Below, piece by piece: positions 10,575 to 24,454 of a stretch of DNA of 64,000 nucleotides. Position 1 is the first letter of the stretch. Every line of letters begins with the position of its first letter. The notes under the pieces were generated by a model. The model saw only the letters and a program-made list of their open reading frames with translations, did no database searches and had not been told where the DNA came from. The stretch is from the human T2T-CHM13v2.0 reference genome, Homo sapiens, in the NCBI GenBank assembly GCA_009914755.4, contig CP086569.2, positions 16,416,001 through 16,480,000 of the forward strand. The letters run 5' to 3'. The translations under genes and the position numbers were made by a program.

Positions 10575-11450
10575 AACATAATGTTTTAAGTTTCATATGT
10601 GCTATTGCATATTGCAAGATTTCTTCATTTTGTAAGGTTAATAATATTGCAAGAATAATACTGTAACAATAATGTTACATTGTATGTTGGGATGGCTAAT
10701 TTCATACATCAACTTGACTGAGCTAAGGAATGCCCAGGTAGCTAGTAAAGCATTATTACTGAGTGTGTCTGTGAGGGTGTTTGTGGAAGAGATTAGCATT
10801 TGATTATTTCTTATTTTAATGTATTTGGGAGTACAAGTGTTATTGTATTACAGGAATATATTGTGTAGTGAAGTCTGGACTTTTAGTATACCCATTATCC
10901 CCATCATCCAAATAATATACATTGTACCCAATAGGTAGTATTTCCTCCTTCACCCCTTCCCACCCTCCCATCTTAAATAGTCTTCAATGTGTATTATTTC
11001 ACTCTGTCTGTCCATGTGTACTCATTGTATGTATCTCACTTATAAGTGAGAACATGAGGTTTATATTTTTGTTTCTGAATCATTTCACTAGGGAACATTC
11101 TCTTTGCTACAGTCAAGTTCCTGTTATGTAACTTTGTTGTTTACATGTCTTTTGTAGCAACATGGATGAACTGTCCTCCAGTTTCACCCACGTTGCTGCA
11201 AAAGACCTGAGTTTTTTTTTTTTTTTTTTTTTTATGGCTGAGTAGTATTTCATAGTGTGTGTGTGTGTATGCATGTGTGTACACACAATGTGTGATACAT
11301 ATATATACACACACACACACAGACACACACAATGTGGTGCGTGTGTGTGTGTGTATATATATATATATAGCCCATTGTTTTTATCCAGTCACCATTGATG
11401 GACATTCTCCTTAGATCCAGGTAGATTCCGAGAAAATGCATCAGACTATA
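10575..11450 (-). mobile_element. Older L1 (L1P/L1M-like) 3' fragment, antisense
   Basis: cttataagtgagaacatg, cagtttcacccacgttgctgcaaaagac, ttatggctgagtagtatttcatagtgtg and ccagtcaccattgatggacat are reverse complements of the L1 ORF2-3'/UTR region. Internal microsatellite expansions. Confidence 0.55.
11213..11375. repeat. Poly-T plus compound (TG)n/(CA)n/(TA)n microsatellite
   Basis: A run of about 30 T, then tgtgtgtgtgtatgcatgtgtgtacacaca…cacacacacacagacacacaca…gtgtgtgtgtgtatatatatatatat. Confidence 0.85.
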
Positions 11451-11584
11451 GATGTATAAACATCACAGGGTTTTAGACATGGTAGGAACCTTTTTATTTT
11501 ACAGCTATAGAAACAGAGAGCTGCAAAGACTGGATAACATGTCCAAATATTGACAGCTAGTTAGCAGCAGCACCAGGAAGGCAG

Positions 11585-11890
11585 CCTGTTGTAGTGGCTG
11601 ACACCTGTAATCCCAGCTACACTGGAGGCCAAGGTGGGAAGATTCCATGAGTCCAAGAGTTTTCAGTAAACCTGGACTACATAGTGAGAACTCATCTCTA
11701 CAAATATATATATATTTTTTAAATTAGCTAGGTGTGGTGGTGCATGCCTGTAGTCTCAGCAATTCAAGAGGGTAAGGCAAGAGGATTGCTTGAGCCCAGG
11801 ATTTTAAGGCTGCAGTGAGCTGTGCTTGCACCATTGTACCCCAATCTGGGTGCTAGAGTAAGACTTCATCTCTAAAAGAAAATAGTTTTA
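11585..11890 (+). mobile_element. Alu (older, AluJ-like)
   Basis: Dimeric Alu motifs: cctgtaatcccagctacactggaggccaaggtggg…ctgcagtgagctgtgcttgcaccattgtacc. A-rich tail. Confidence 0.7.
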
Positions 11891-12208
11891 TTTAAAAAAT
11901 TAAAAAATAAGAAGGAATTAACAGAATTATCACACATGCAACACTTAATGTGTCCCAAACACTTCTAAAGACTTCAAATGTAAACAAACAGGTCAGGCAA
12001 GACTTACTTTTTTAAACATAATTTTTAGATTAATATGTTGTTAATACTCAACATATATTATGATAAACTTAATTGTGCTAGGTATAATTGATTCTATTGA
12101 GAAATACAAAGACCAATGCACCAGGTAGTGCAGCACAGTAAATAGAAACAGATTCGCTAAATCGGTAAATCCTGAACATTTATTTCAGAAAAATCACACG
12201 TGATTGTC

Positions 12209-12510
12209 CAGGCCTGGTGGCTCAGGCCTGTAATCTCAGCACTTTGATAGGCTGAGGCAGGTGGATCATGAGGTCAGCAGACCAAGACCATCCTGGCTAA
12301 CACAAACCCTGTCTCTACTAAACATACAAAAAAAAAAAAAAAATTAGCCAGGATTGGTGGTGGGCACCTGTAGTCCCAGCTACTCAGGAGGCCAAGGCAG
12401 GAGAATGGCATGAACCCAGGAGGTGGAGCTTGCAGTGAATCTAGATCGGGCCATTGCACTCCAGCCTGGGCAACAGAGCGAGACTCCGTCTCAAAAAAAA
12501 AAAAGAAAGA
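12209..12510 (+). mobile_element. Alu (AluS/Y-like) with target-site duplication
   Basis: ggcctggtggctcaggcctgtaatctcagcactttg…gcactccagcctgggcaacagagcgagactccgtctcaaaaaaaaaa. Flanking direct repeats aaaaatcacacgtga (12189-12203) and aaaaatcacacacgt (12511-12525). Confidence 0.8.
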
Positions 12511-13089
12511 AAAATCACACACGTAATTTAAATATGTATTTAAATCTATAAAAAATATCTGTTTAGATACGATTTCAGAATGGGTTTTCGCTGTCCTCAT
12601 GTCAGACTATTTTTCTTTATCTAATTAAAACAGGATATTTATTAGACAATAACATTTTGTGACCCAAACTTCACCACTGTGCATACCAGGGAGTGAACAA
12701 AGCTGCTTTTCTTCTAAAAACATTGTTTGTCATGCAAGTTTTTCTTTGTTTTTAAAAACCTTTCTTCCCAATCTAGCAAATATATCAGGAACATTTTCTT
12801 TGATGTGGTTAAGTTTCTGTTATATAAGCACATTGTTAATCTTCTTTTAATGAACAAATTTAATATAATTACATGTGTAGTTATAAAAATGTTATTTTGT
12901 CTCTCTCCTTCCTAATGATTTCTTCTATGAACAGCGCTTTCTCTATAAAAAAAAGTTTTTAATGATCTTTTGCCAAATAAATTTGTTCAGAAAAATGATT
13001 TTTAAAGGGAGAATTGTGTAGTTTTTCAGAAGTTAATGCACCATGTTCTTAATATTTTGGAGTGGAGCACTTTCATTTAATTTTAAGTG

Positions 13090-14842
13090 CTATTTATTTA
13101 TTTATTTTACATTTTTATTACACTTTAAGTTATAGGGTACATGTGCACAACGTGCAGTTAAGTTACATATGTATACATGTGCCATGTTGGTGTGCTGCAC
13201 CCATCAACTTGTCATTTAACATTAGGTAGATCTCCTAATGCTATCACTCCTCCCTCCCCAAATCCTACAACAGGCCCAGTGTGTGATGTTTCCCTTCCTG
13301 TGTCAATGTGTTCTCATTGTTAATTCCCACCTAGGAGTGAGAACATGTGGTGTTTGGTTTTTTTGTCCTTGTGATAGTTTGCTGAGAATGATGGTTTCCA
13401 GCTTCATCCATGTCCCTACAAAGGACATGAACTCACCTTTTTTATGGCTGCATAGTATTCCATAGTGTATATGTGCCACATTTTCTTAATCCACTCTATC
13501 ATTGTTGGACATTTGTGTTGGTTCCAAGTCTTTGCTATTGTGAATAGTGCCACAATAAACACACATGTGCATGTGTCTTTATAGCAGCATGATTTATAAT
13601 CATTTGGGTATATACCCAGTAATGGGATTGCTGGGTCAAATGGTGTTTCTAGTTCAAGATCTCTGAGGAATCACCACACTGACTCCCACCATGGTTGAAC
13701 TAGTTTACAGTCCCAACAGCAGTGTAAAAGTGTTCCTATTTCTTCACATCCTCTCCAGGACTTGTTGTTTCTTGAGTTTTTAATGATGACCATTCTAACT
13801 GTATGAGATAGTATCTCATTGTGGTTTTGATTTGCATTTTTCTGATGGCCAGTTATGATGAGCATTTTTTCATGTGTCTTTTGGCTGCATAAATGTCTTC
13901 TTTTAAGAAGTGTCTGTTCATATCCTTCACCCACTTTTGATGGGGTTGTCTGTTTTATTCTTGCAGATTTGTTTGAGTTCATTGTAAATTCTGGATATTA
14001 GCCCTTTGTCAGATGAGCAGATTGCAAAAATTTTCTCCCATTCTGTAGGCTGCCTGTTCACTCTGATGGTAGTTTCTTTTGCTGTACAGAAGCTCTTTAG
14101 TTTAATTAGATCCCATTTGTCAATTTTGGCTTTTGTTGCCATTGCTTTTGGTGTTTTAGACATGAAGTCCTTGCCAATGCCTATGTCCTGAATGGTATTG
14201 CCTAGGTTTTCTTCTAGGGTTTTTATGGTTTTAGGTCTAACATGTAAGTCTTTAATCCATCTTGAATTAATTTTTGTATAAGTGTAAGGAAAGGATCCAG
14301 ATTCAGCTTTCTACATATGGCTAGCCAGTTTTCCCAGAACCATTTATTAAATAGGGAATCCTTTCTCCATTTCCTGTTTTTGTCAGGTTTGTCAAAGATC
14401 AGATGGTTGTAGATATGTGGCATTATTTCTTAGGGCTCTGTTCTGTTCCATTTGTCTATACCTCTGTTTTGGTACCAGTACCATGCTGTTTTGGTTACTG
14501 TAGCCTTGTAGTATAGTTTGAAGTCAGGTAGTGTGATGCCTCCAGATTTGTTCTTTTGGCTTAGGGTTGACTTGTCAATGTGGACTATTTTTGGTTCCAT
14601 ATGAACTTTAAAGTAGTTTTTCCAATTCTGTGAAGAAAGTCATTGATAGCTTGATGGTGATGGCATTGAATCTATAAATTACCTTGGGCACTATGGCCAC
14701 TTTCATGATATTGATTCTTCCTACCCATGAGCATGTAATCTTCTTCCATTTGTTTGTATCCTCTTTTATTTCATTGAGCAGTGGTTTGTAGTTCTCCTTG
14801 AAGAGGTCCTTCACATCCCTTTTAAGTTGGATTCCTATCCCT
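13090..14842 (-). mobile_element. L1 3' segment of a 5'-inverted (twin-primed) L1 insertion: ORF2 C-terminal part plus 3' UTR, antisense
   Basis: T-rich tail at the left end, then the reverse complement of the L1 3' UTR and ORF2 (minus-strand ORFs read [48 protein letters not shown]). TSD taattttaa at 13077-13085 and 15494-15502. Confidence 0.85.
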
Positions 14843-15488
<646 letters not shown>

Positions 15489-15662
15489 TCATGAGTGTAC
15501 TCTAATTTTAACTACTTTTTTTGCCAATGACTCTGTTTCAGTTTTTGAAACCTCTTTATAAACACCTTGTTCTAAGCCAGGCTTGTAGGAAAGATAAAGT
15601 AAAGTCCAGTTACTTCTGCTGGTAATAATTTATATACAGTGGAATTAGAAGTGGCTCTCTTG

Positions 15663-15970
15663 TTTTGTTTTTTTTATTTTTTTATTTTTGAGATGGAATC
15701 TCACTAACTCTGAGCACAAGCTGGAGTGTAGTGGCACAATCTTGGCTCACTGCAACTTTTACCTCCCAGGCTCAAGCAATTCTTTTGCCTCAGCCTCCTG
15801 AGTAGCTGGAATTATAGGCACACAGCACCAAGCCTGGCTGATTTTTGTATTTTTAGTACAGATGGGGTTTCACCATGTTTGTCATGCTAATCTCACAAAC
15901 TCCTGACCTCAAGTGATGCACCTGCCTCCACCTCCCAAAACGCTGATATTGCAGGCATAAGCTACTGGCC
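15663..15970 (-). mobile_element. Alu (antisense)
   Basis: T-rich start, then gagatggaatctcactaactctgagcacaagctggagtgtagtggcacaatcttggctcactgcaac…gctgatattgcaggcataagctactggcc. Confidence 0.8.
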
Positions 15971-16273
15971 TTCAGTGGCTTTTAACAAACTTAAATTTTC
16001 ACACATTCTTAATTGGGCTAGATGGTACTTCTCATCCTAGTCCTGATAATATCTACCCCAGGCACATTTTGGAGTTATAATTAACGATATGCTGTCACAC
16101 TGAGCTAACCGAAATCATTTTGTGATTCAGAGATTAATATTGACATTAAAAATTATTAATAGGGTTTTATCCTATTGGGTCCAATTTCAATAAAAAGGTC
16201 TTCACCTGAACTAACCGTTTCATCACAAAGCACAAAAAATAGAAATAAACCTCCAAGGAGCGTGCGCATGTTC

Positions 16274-16278
<5 letters not shown>

Positions 16279-16318
<40 letters not shown>
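16279..16318. repeat. (CA)n microsatellite (~20 units)
   Basis: Uninterrupted cacacaca run. Confidence 0.9.
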
Positions 16319-16320
<2 letters not shown>

Positions 16321-16344
16321 GGATCTCTATTTACCTACTTACTT

Positions 16345-16645
16345 TTAAGATAGAGTCTCACTTTGTCACCCAGGCTAGACTGCAGTGCCATGATCTCAGC
16401 TCACCGTGAACTTCAGCTCACTGTGACCTCCACCTCCTGTGTTTTAGCAATTTCCCTGAGTCAGCCTCCTGAGTAGATGTGATTACAGGTGTGCACCAAC
16501 ATGCCTGGCTAATTTTTGTATTTTTAGTAGAGATGGAGTTCCACCATTTTAGCCAGTCTGCTCTTGAACTTCTAACCTTAGGTGATTCTCCCAGCTCAGC
16601 CTCCCAAAGTGTTGGAATTACAGGCATGAGCCACCATGCCCAGTC
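16345..16645 (-). mobile_element. Alu (antisense)
   Basis: gagtctcactttgtcacccaggctagactgcagtgccatgatctcagctcac…ggaattacaggcatgagccaccatgcccagtc. Confidence 0.8.
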
Positions 16646-16754
16646 TAATGGATCCCTTCTATGGTGGCATCTTGGTGTGGAGCAAATTAATGATCTTAAG
16701 CCTCCAGTATTTTTCATTGTTCCCTACCCAGCTAATGACACCAGTATCTTTATT

Positions 16755-19700
16755 TTTCTTTTATTTTATTTTTTATTATTTTTATTATACTTTAAGTTCT
16801 AGGGTACATGTGCACAACGTGCAGGTTTGTTACATATGTATACATGTGCCATGTTGGTTTGCTGTACCCATGAATTCACCATTTACATTAAGTATTTCTC
16901 CTAATGCTATCCCTCCTGCATCCCCACATCCCACGACAGCCCCTGGTGTGTGATGTTCCCCACCCTGTGTCCAAGTGGCCTCATTGTTCAATTCCCACCT
17001 ATGAGGGAGAACAGGCAGTGTTTGGTTTTCTGCCTTTGTGATAGTTTGCTCAGAATGATGGTTTCTAACTTCATCCATGTCCCTACAAATGACATGAACT
17101 CATCATTTTTTATGGCTGCATAGTATTCCATGGTGTAGATATGCAACATTTTCTTAATCCAGTCTATCCTTGATGGACATTTGGGTTGGTTCCAAGTCTT
17201 TGCTCTTGTGAATAGTGCTGCAGTAAACATACAAGTGTATTTGTCTTTATAGTAGCATGATATATAATCCTTTGGGTATATATCCAGTAATGTGATTGCT
17301 GGGTCAAATGTATTTCTAGTTCTAGATCATTGAGGAATAGCCACACTGTCTTCCACAATGGTTGAACTAGTTTACACCCTCACCAACATTGTAAAAGCAT
17401 TCCTATTTCTCCACATCCTCTCAAGCACCTGTTGTTTCCTGAGTTTTTAATGATCACCCTACTAACTGGTGTGAGATGGTATCTGATTGTGGTTTTGATT
17501 TGCATTTCTCTGATGACCAGTGATGATAAGCATTTTTTCATGTGTCTTTTGGCTGCATAAATGTCTTCTTTTGAGAAGTGTCTATTCATATCCTTTGCCC
17601 ACTTTTTGATGGGGTTGTTTGATGTTTTTCTTGTAAATTTGTTTCTTTGTAGATTCTGGATATTAGCCCTTTGTCAGATGGGTAGATTGCAAAATTTTTC
17701 TCTCATTATGTAGGTTTTCTGTTCACTGTCATGGCAGCTTCTTTTACTGTGCAGAAGCTCATTAGTTTAATTAGATCCCATTTGTCTATTTTGGCTTTTG
17801 TTGCAATTGCTTTTGGTGTTTTAATCATGAAATAATTGCACATGGCTATGTCCTGAATGGTACTGCGTAGGTTTTCTTGTAGGGTTTTTATGGCTTCTAG
17901 GCGTAATATTTAAGTCTTCAATCCATCTTAAATTAATTTTTTGTAAGGTGTAAGGAAGGGATCCAGTTTCAGCTTTCTACGTATGGCTAGCCAGTTTTCC
18001 CAGCACCATTTATTAAATGGGAAATCATTTCACCATTTCTTGTTTATGTCAGGTTTGTCAAAGATCAGATGGTTGTAGATGTGTGTTGTCATTTCTGAGG
18101 GCTCTGTTCTGTTCCATTGGTCTATATCTCTGTTTTGGTACCAGTACCATGCTCTTTTGATTACTGTCACCTTGTAGTGTAGTTTGAAGTCAGGTAGTGT
18201 GATACCTCCAGCTTTATTCTTTTTGTTTAGGATTGTCTTGGCAATGCAGGCTCTTTTTTGGTTGCATATGAACTTTAAAGTAGTTTTTTTCCAATTCCAT
18301 GAACAAGTTCTTTGGTAGCTTGATGGAGATGGCATTGAATCTATAAATTACCTTGGGCAGTATGGCCATTTTCATGATATTGATTCTTCCTATCCATGAG
18401 CAAGGAATGCTCTTCCATTTGTTTGTGTCCTCTTTTATTTTGTTGAGGAGTGGTTTGTATTTTTCTTTGAATAGATCCTTCACATCTCTTGTAAGTTGGA
18501 TTCTTAGGTTTTTTATTCACCTTGTAGCAATTGTGAGTAGGAGTTCACTCATGATTTGGCTTTCTATTTGTTTGTTATTTGTGTATGTGATACTTGGGAT
18601 TTTTGCACATTGATTTTGTATCCTGAGACTTTGTTGAAATTGCTTATCATCTTAGGGAGATTTTGGGCTGAGACAATGGGGTTTTCTAAGTTTATAACCG
18701 TATCACCTGAAAACAGGGACAATTTGACTTCCTTTTTTCCTAATTGAATACCCTGGATTTATTTCTCTTGCCTGATTGCTCCGGCCAAGAACTTCCAACA
18801 CTATGTTGAATAGGAGTGGTGAGAGAGGGCATCCCTGTCTTGGGTCAGTTTTCAAAGGGAATACTTCCAGTTTTTGCACATTCAGTTTAATATTGGCTGT
18901 GGGGTTGTCAAAAATAGCTCTTATTATTTTGAGATCGTTCCATCAATACCTAGTTTATTGAGAGTTTTTAGCATGAAGAGTTGTTGAATTTTTCAAAAAC
19001 ATTTTCTACATCCATTGAGATGATCATTGTTTTTTGTCTTTGATTCTGTTTATTTGATGGATTATGTTTATTGATTTGTGTATGCTGAACCAGTCTTGCA
19101 TACCAGGGATGAAGCCCACTTAATCATGGTGGATAAGTTTTTGATGTGCTGCTAGATTCGGTTTGCCAGTATTTTGCTGAGGATTTTTGCATTGATGTTC
19201 ATCAGGAATATTCTTCTAAAACCCTTTTTTTGTTGTGTCTCTGCCAGGCTTTGGTATCAGGATGATGCTGGCCTCATGAAATGAGATAGAGAGGAGTCCC
19301 TCTTTTTCTACGGTTTGGAATAGTTTCAGAAGGAATGGTACCAGCTCCTCTTTATACCTCTGGTAGAATTTGGCTGTGAATCCATATAGTCTTGGACTTT
19401 TTTTTGGTTGGTCGGCTATTAACTGCTGCCTCTATTTCAGAGCCTGTTATTGGTCTCTTCAGGGATTCAACATCTTCCTGGTTTAGTCCTTGGAGGTTGT
19501 GTCCAGGAATTTATCCATTTCTTTTAGATTTTCTAGTTTGTTTGTATAGAGGTATTTATAGTATTCTCTGATGGTAGTTTTTATTTCTGTGGGGTGGAGT
19601 CAGTGGTGATATCCCTTTTATCTTTTTTTATGGTGTCTATTTGATTCTTCTCTCTTTTCTTCTTTATTAGTCTTGCTAGCAGCCTATCTATTTTGTTGAT

Positions 19701-22700
19701 CTTTTCAAAAAACCTCCTCCTTGATTAATTGATTTTTTAAGGGTTTTTTTGTGTCTCTATCTCCTTCAGCTCTGCTCTAATTATAGTTATTTCTTGCCTT
19801 CCACTAGCTTTTGTTTTGTTTGCTCTTGCTTCTCAGTTCTTTTAATTGTGATGTTAGGGTGTCAATTTTAAATCTTTCCTGCTTTCTCTTATGAGAAATT
19901 AGTGCTATAAATTTCCCTCTACACACTGCTTTAAATGTGTCCCAGAGTTTCTTGTATTTGTGTCTTTGTTCTCATACATTTCAAAGAATATCTTTATTTC
20001 TCCGTTCATTTCTTTATTTACCTAGTAGTCATTCAGAAGCAGGTTGCTCAGTTTCCATGTAGTTGTGTGATTTTGAGTGAGTTTCTTAATCCTGCATTCT
20101 AACTTGATTGCACTGTGGACTGAGAGACAGTTTGTTGTGATTTCTCTTCTTTTACATTTGCTGAGGAGTGCTTTACTTCCTTCCATCTATGTAGTCCATT
20201 TTGGAATAACTGCAATGTGGTACTGAGAAGAATGTATATTCTATTGATTTGGGGTGGAGAGTTCTGTAGAGGTCTATTAGGTCTGCTGGTGCAGAGCTGA
20301 GTTTAAGTCCTGGATGTCCTTGTTAAACTTTTGTCTTGTTGATCTGTCTAATATTGACAGTGGGGTGTTAAAGTCTCCGATTATTATTGTGTTGGAGTCT
20401 AAGTCTCCTTGTAGGTCTGTAAGGATTTGCTTTATGAATCTGGGTGCTTCTGTATTGGGTACATATATATTTAGGATAGTTAGCTCTTCTTGTTGAACTG
20501 ATCCCTTTACCATTATGTAATGGTCTTCTTTGTCTCTTTTGATATTTGTGGGCTTAAATTTTGTTTTATGAGAGACTAGGATTGCAGTCCCTGCTTTTTT
20601 TTTTTTTTTTTTTTTTTTTGGCTTTCCATTTATTTGGTAGATCTTCCTTCATCCCTTTATTTAGAGCCTATTTGTGTCTCTGCATGAGAAATATGTCTCC
20701 TGAATACAGCATATTGATGGGTCTTGACTCTTTCTCCAATTGGCCAGTTTGTGTCTTTTAACTGATGCATTTAGCCTATTTATGTTTAAGGTTAATATTG
20801 TTATTTGTGAATTTGATCCCATCATTATGATGTTATCTGGTTATTTTGCTTGTTTCTTGATGTAGTTTCCTCATACCATCGATGGTGTATACAATTTGGC
20901 ATGTTTTTGCAGTGGCTGGTACCAGTTGTTCCTTTTCAGGTTTAGTGCTTCCTTCAGGAGCTCTTGTAGGGCATGCCTGGTGGTGAAAAATTCTCTCAGC
21001 ATTTGCTTGTCTGTAAAGTATTTTATTTCTCCTTCACTTATGACACTTAGTTGACTGGATATGAAATTCTAGATTGAAAATTCTTTTCTCTAAGAATGTT
21101 GAATATTGGGCCCCACTCTCTTCTGGCTTATAGAGTTTCTGCCAATAGATCCTGTTATTCTGATAGGCTTCTCTTTAAGGGTAATCTGACCTTTCTCTCT
21201 GGCTGCCCTCAACATTTTGTCCTTCATTTCAACCTTGGTGAATCTGAAAATTATGTGTCTTCTGTTTGTTCTTCTTGAGGAGTATCTTTGTGGTGTTCTC
21301 TGTATTTCCTGAATTTGAATGTTGGCCTGCCTTGCTAGGTTGGAGAAGTTCTCCTGGATTTATATCCTGAAGACTGTTTTCCAGCTTGGTTCCATTCTCC
21401 CCATCACTTTGAGGTACACCATTCAGACATAGATTTGGTCTGTTCATATCGTCCCATATTACTTGGGGGCTTTGTTTGTTTCTTTTTTCTCCAAACTTCT
21501 CTTCTTGCTTCATTTCATTTAATCTTCAATCACTGATACCCTTCCTTCCACTTGATTGAATCAGCTACTGAAGCTTGTGCATGTGTCACGTAGTTCTTGT
21601 GTCATGGTTTTCAGCTCCATCAGATCATTTAAGGACTTCTCTACACTGTTTATGCTAGTTAGCCATTCATCTAATCTTTTTCCAAGGTTTTTAGCTTCCT
21701 TGTGTTGGGTTAGAACATGCTCCTTTAGCTTGGAGAAGTTTGTTAGTATCAACCTTCTGAAGTCTACTTCTTGGTCCAGCTTTGTTCTGTTGCTGACAAG
21801 GAGCTTCGATCCTTTGGAGGAGAAGAGGCACTCTGGTTTTTAGAATTTTCAGCTTTTCTGCTCTGGTTTCTCCCCATCTTTGTGGTTTTTTTCTACCTTT
21901 GGTCTTTGATGATGATGACCTAGAGATGGGATTTTAGTGTTGATGTCCTTTTTGTTGATGTCGATGCTATTCCTTTCTGTTTGTTAGTTTTCCTTCTAAC
22001 AGTCAAGTCCCTCAGCTGCAGGTCTTTTGGAGTTTGCTGGAGGTCCACTGCAGACCCTGTTTGCCTGGGTATCACAAGCAGAGGCTACTGAACAGCAAAT
22101 ATTCCAGAACAGCAAATATTGCTGCCTGATCCTTCCTCTGATGCTTTGTCTTGGAGGGTTGCCTGGCTGTGTGAGGTGTCAGTAGGCCCCTACTTGGAAG
22201 TGTCTCCCAGTTAGGCTACACGGGGATCAGGAACCCACATGAGGAGGCAGTCTGTCCTTTCTCAGAGCTCAAACACTGTGCTTGGAGAACCGCTGCTCTC
22301 TTCAGAGCTGTCAGACAGGGATGTTTAAGTCTTCAAAAGTTTCTGCTGCCTTTTGTTCTGCTATGCCCTGCCCTGAGAGGTGGAGTCTACTGAAGCAGGC
22401 AGGTCTCCTTGAGCTGCGGTGGGCTTTACCCAGTTTGAGCTTCCCAGATGCTTTGTTTACTTACTCAAGCCTCAGCAATGGCAGATGCCCCACCCCCAGC
22501 CAGACTGCCGCCTCACAGTTCAATCTCGGACTGCTGGCTAGCAGTGAGCAAGGCTCTGTGGGGGTGCGACCCACTGAGCCAGGTGCGGGATATAGTCTCC
22601 TGGTGTGCCATTTGCTAACACCATTGGAAAAGCGCAGTATTAAGGCAGGAATGTCCCGAATTTCCCTGTACAGTCTGTCATGGCTTCCCTTGGCTAGGAA

Positions 22701-22914
22701 AGGGAAGTCCCCCAACCCCTTGCATTTCCTGGGTGAGGCGAGGTCCTGCCCTGCTTCAGCTCACCCTCTGTGGGCTGCCCTGACTGTCCAGCCAGTCCCA
22801 GTGAGATGAACCAGGTATCTCAGTTAGAAATACAGAAATCACCCATCTTCTGCGTCAGTCACGCTGGGAGTTGCAGACCTGAGCTCTTCCTATTCAGCCA
22901 TCTTGGAAGCTGAT
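16755..22914 (-). mobile_element. Full-length L1 (L1PA-type), antisense, both ORFs disrupted
   Basis: ~6.16 kb. The left end is a T-rich tail plus the reverse complement of the 3' UTR (ctttaagttctagggtacatgtgcacaacgtgcagg). The right end is the reverse complement of the 5' UTR start (gcttccaagatggctgaatagg). The ORF1 and ORF2 (EN, RT, C-domain) translations appear only as fragmented minus-strand ORFs. Flanking direct repeats ccagtatctt (16741-16750) and tcagtatcttc (22917-22927). Confidence 0.9.
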
Positions 22915-22925
22915 ATCAGTATCTT

Positions 22926-23285
22926 CTTGTTTTTTGTCTTGTTTTGTTTTGGTTTGGTTTGTTTTTGTTTTTTTGTTTTTGTTTTTGTTTTTTGAGATGG
23001 AGTCTTGCTGTGTCATCCAGGCTGGGATGCACTGGCATGATCTGGGCTCACTGTAAGTTCCGTCTCGTGGGTTCATGCCATTCTCCTGCCTCAACCTCAC
23101 AGGTAGCTGGGAGTACGGGCAACCACCACCATGCCTGGCTAATTTTTTGTATTTTTTTCCTAGAGGCAGGGTTTCACCGTGTTAGCCAGGATGGTCTTGA
23201 TCTCTTGACCTCGTGATCTGCCCTCCTCAGCCTCCTCAGCCTCCCAAAGTGCTGGGATTACAAGCATGAGCCACCATTCCTGCCC
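22926..23285 (-). mobile_element. Alu (antisense) with long (GTTTT)n-like tail, directly abutting the L1 5' end
   Basis: ttgttttttgtcttgttttgttttgg… tail, then gagatggagtcttgctgtgtcatccaggctggg…ctgggattacaagcatgagccaccattcctgccc. Followed by ttggttccagtatctttc. Confidence 0.8.
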
Positions 23286-24127
23286 TTGGTTCCAGTATCT
23301 TTCTACAGAGCAAGGCGGATATCAGCATTGACTGTTTTCTCTTTCTGACATTTTGCATCCAGACAATTACCAGGTTCTGTTGATTGTGTCTCAAATTGGC
23401 TCAGTTCTCTCCTGCCTGCCCCTGTGCTAGTCTGGACCAGCTTCCCTGGGGGGGTTATGGCAATTGTCGTGGGATCCACTCTAGTTTCTGTCTAACCCTT
23501 CTGCAAGGGAGCAGCCAGAATGTCTGCAGGAGTGAAATGAAACCATGCCTGTCACCCTAGTGTCCTCAATCTCTGCTTCATCACTTCTGAATAAAGATAA
23601 ATGCCCCAAACCTAAATTAAAAGAAAAAAATGATAAATACCCTCCATGTCTGATCATGATGATTTATCCTGACCTCTTGTCCACCTCACAGTCAGAGTTT
23701 TGCATGGAAAAAATAACGAACCAGCCAATGCACACAGTTTGTAGTAATACTGCAACATCGGCAACTTATACAATAATGATAGAAAACAAAGAATATGGAG
23801 ATAAACACACACATATTACTTGAGTGTCTCTCTGAGTGGCTGGTTGATAGTTTCTCTTTTGTGCATTTATAATAAAAGTAAAAAAACAACAAAAATATAC
23901 TTTAAAAAAATTCCATTTTTGTGTACAAAAATTACAAAGCATAGTAGCCCAAAGTAGGTCTCTATATAGCTGTTTATTTTTGTGTCTGTGTGAGATTTTA
24001 GTTAATAGTCACATAGAGCCTGCATTTTGCTATATTTAATCTCTTTTTCAACAATTTCCCTTGGGGCTACACTAAATGCCTTTTTTTCTAATTTCAGTGC
24101 TTTCAATTTTCAATTGTAAAACACAAA

Positions 24128-24128
24128 T

Positions 24129-24171
<43 letters not shown>

Positions 24172-24454
24172 TGAGACAGAGTCTCACTCTGTTGCCCAGG
24201 CTGGAGTGCAGTGGTGCAATCTTGAAGTACTGGAAGCTCCGCCTCCCGGGTTCACGCCATTCTCCTGCCTCAGCCTCCCTAGTAGCTGAGACTACAGGTG
24301 CCTACCACCATGCCCGGCTAACTTTTAAAATTTTTAGTAAAGACAGGGTTTCACCATGTTTGCCAGGACGGTCTCGATCTACTGACCTCATGACCCACCT
24401 GCCTCAGCCTCTGACAGTGCTGGGATTACAGGCGTGAGCCACCGCGCCCGGCCC
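24128..24454 (-). mobile_element. AluY-like (antisense) with (TTTA)n tail
   Basis: (attt)n x about 10, then gagacagagtctcactctgttgcccaggctggagtgcagtggtgc…ggcgtgagccaccgcgcccggcc. CpG sites are largely intact. Confidence 0.8.

Noticed and set aside
20597-20628. About 30-nt poly-T run inside the full-length L1
   Set aside because: It corresponds to an expansion of the short A-run at the start of ORF2 (…KQKKAGV…) in the antisense element. This is simple-repeat slippage inside a dead L1, not a separate insertion boundary.
22282-22809. 175-aa + strand ORF
   Set aside because: It lies on the strand antisense to the L1 5' UTR of the full-length L1. The composition is low-complexity and Ala/Ser/Leu/Pro rich, with no recognisable domain. 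It is a chance ORF in GC-rich L1 promoter sequence.
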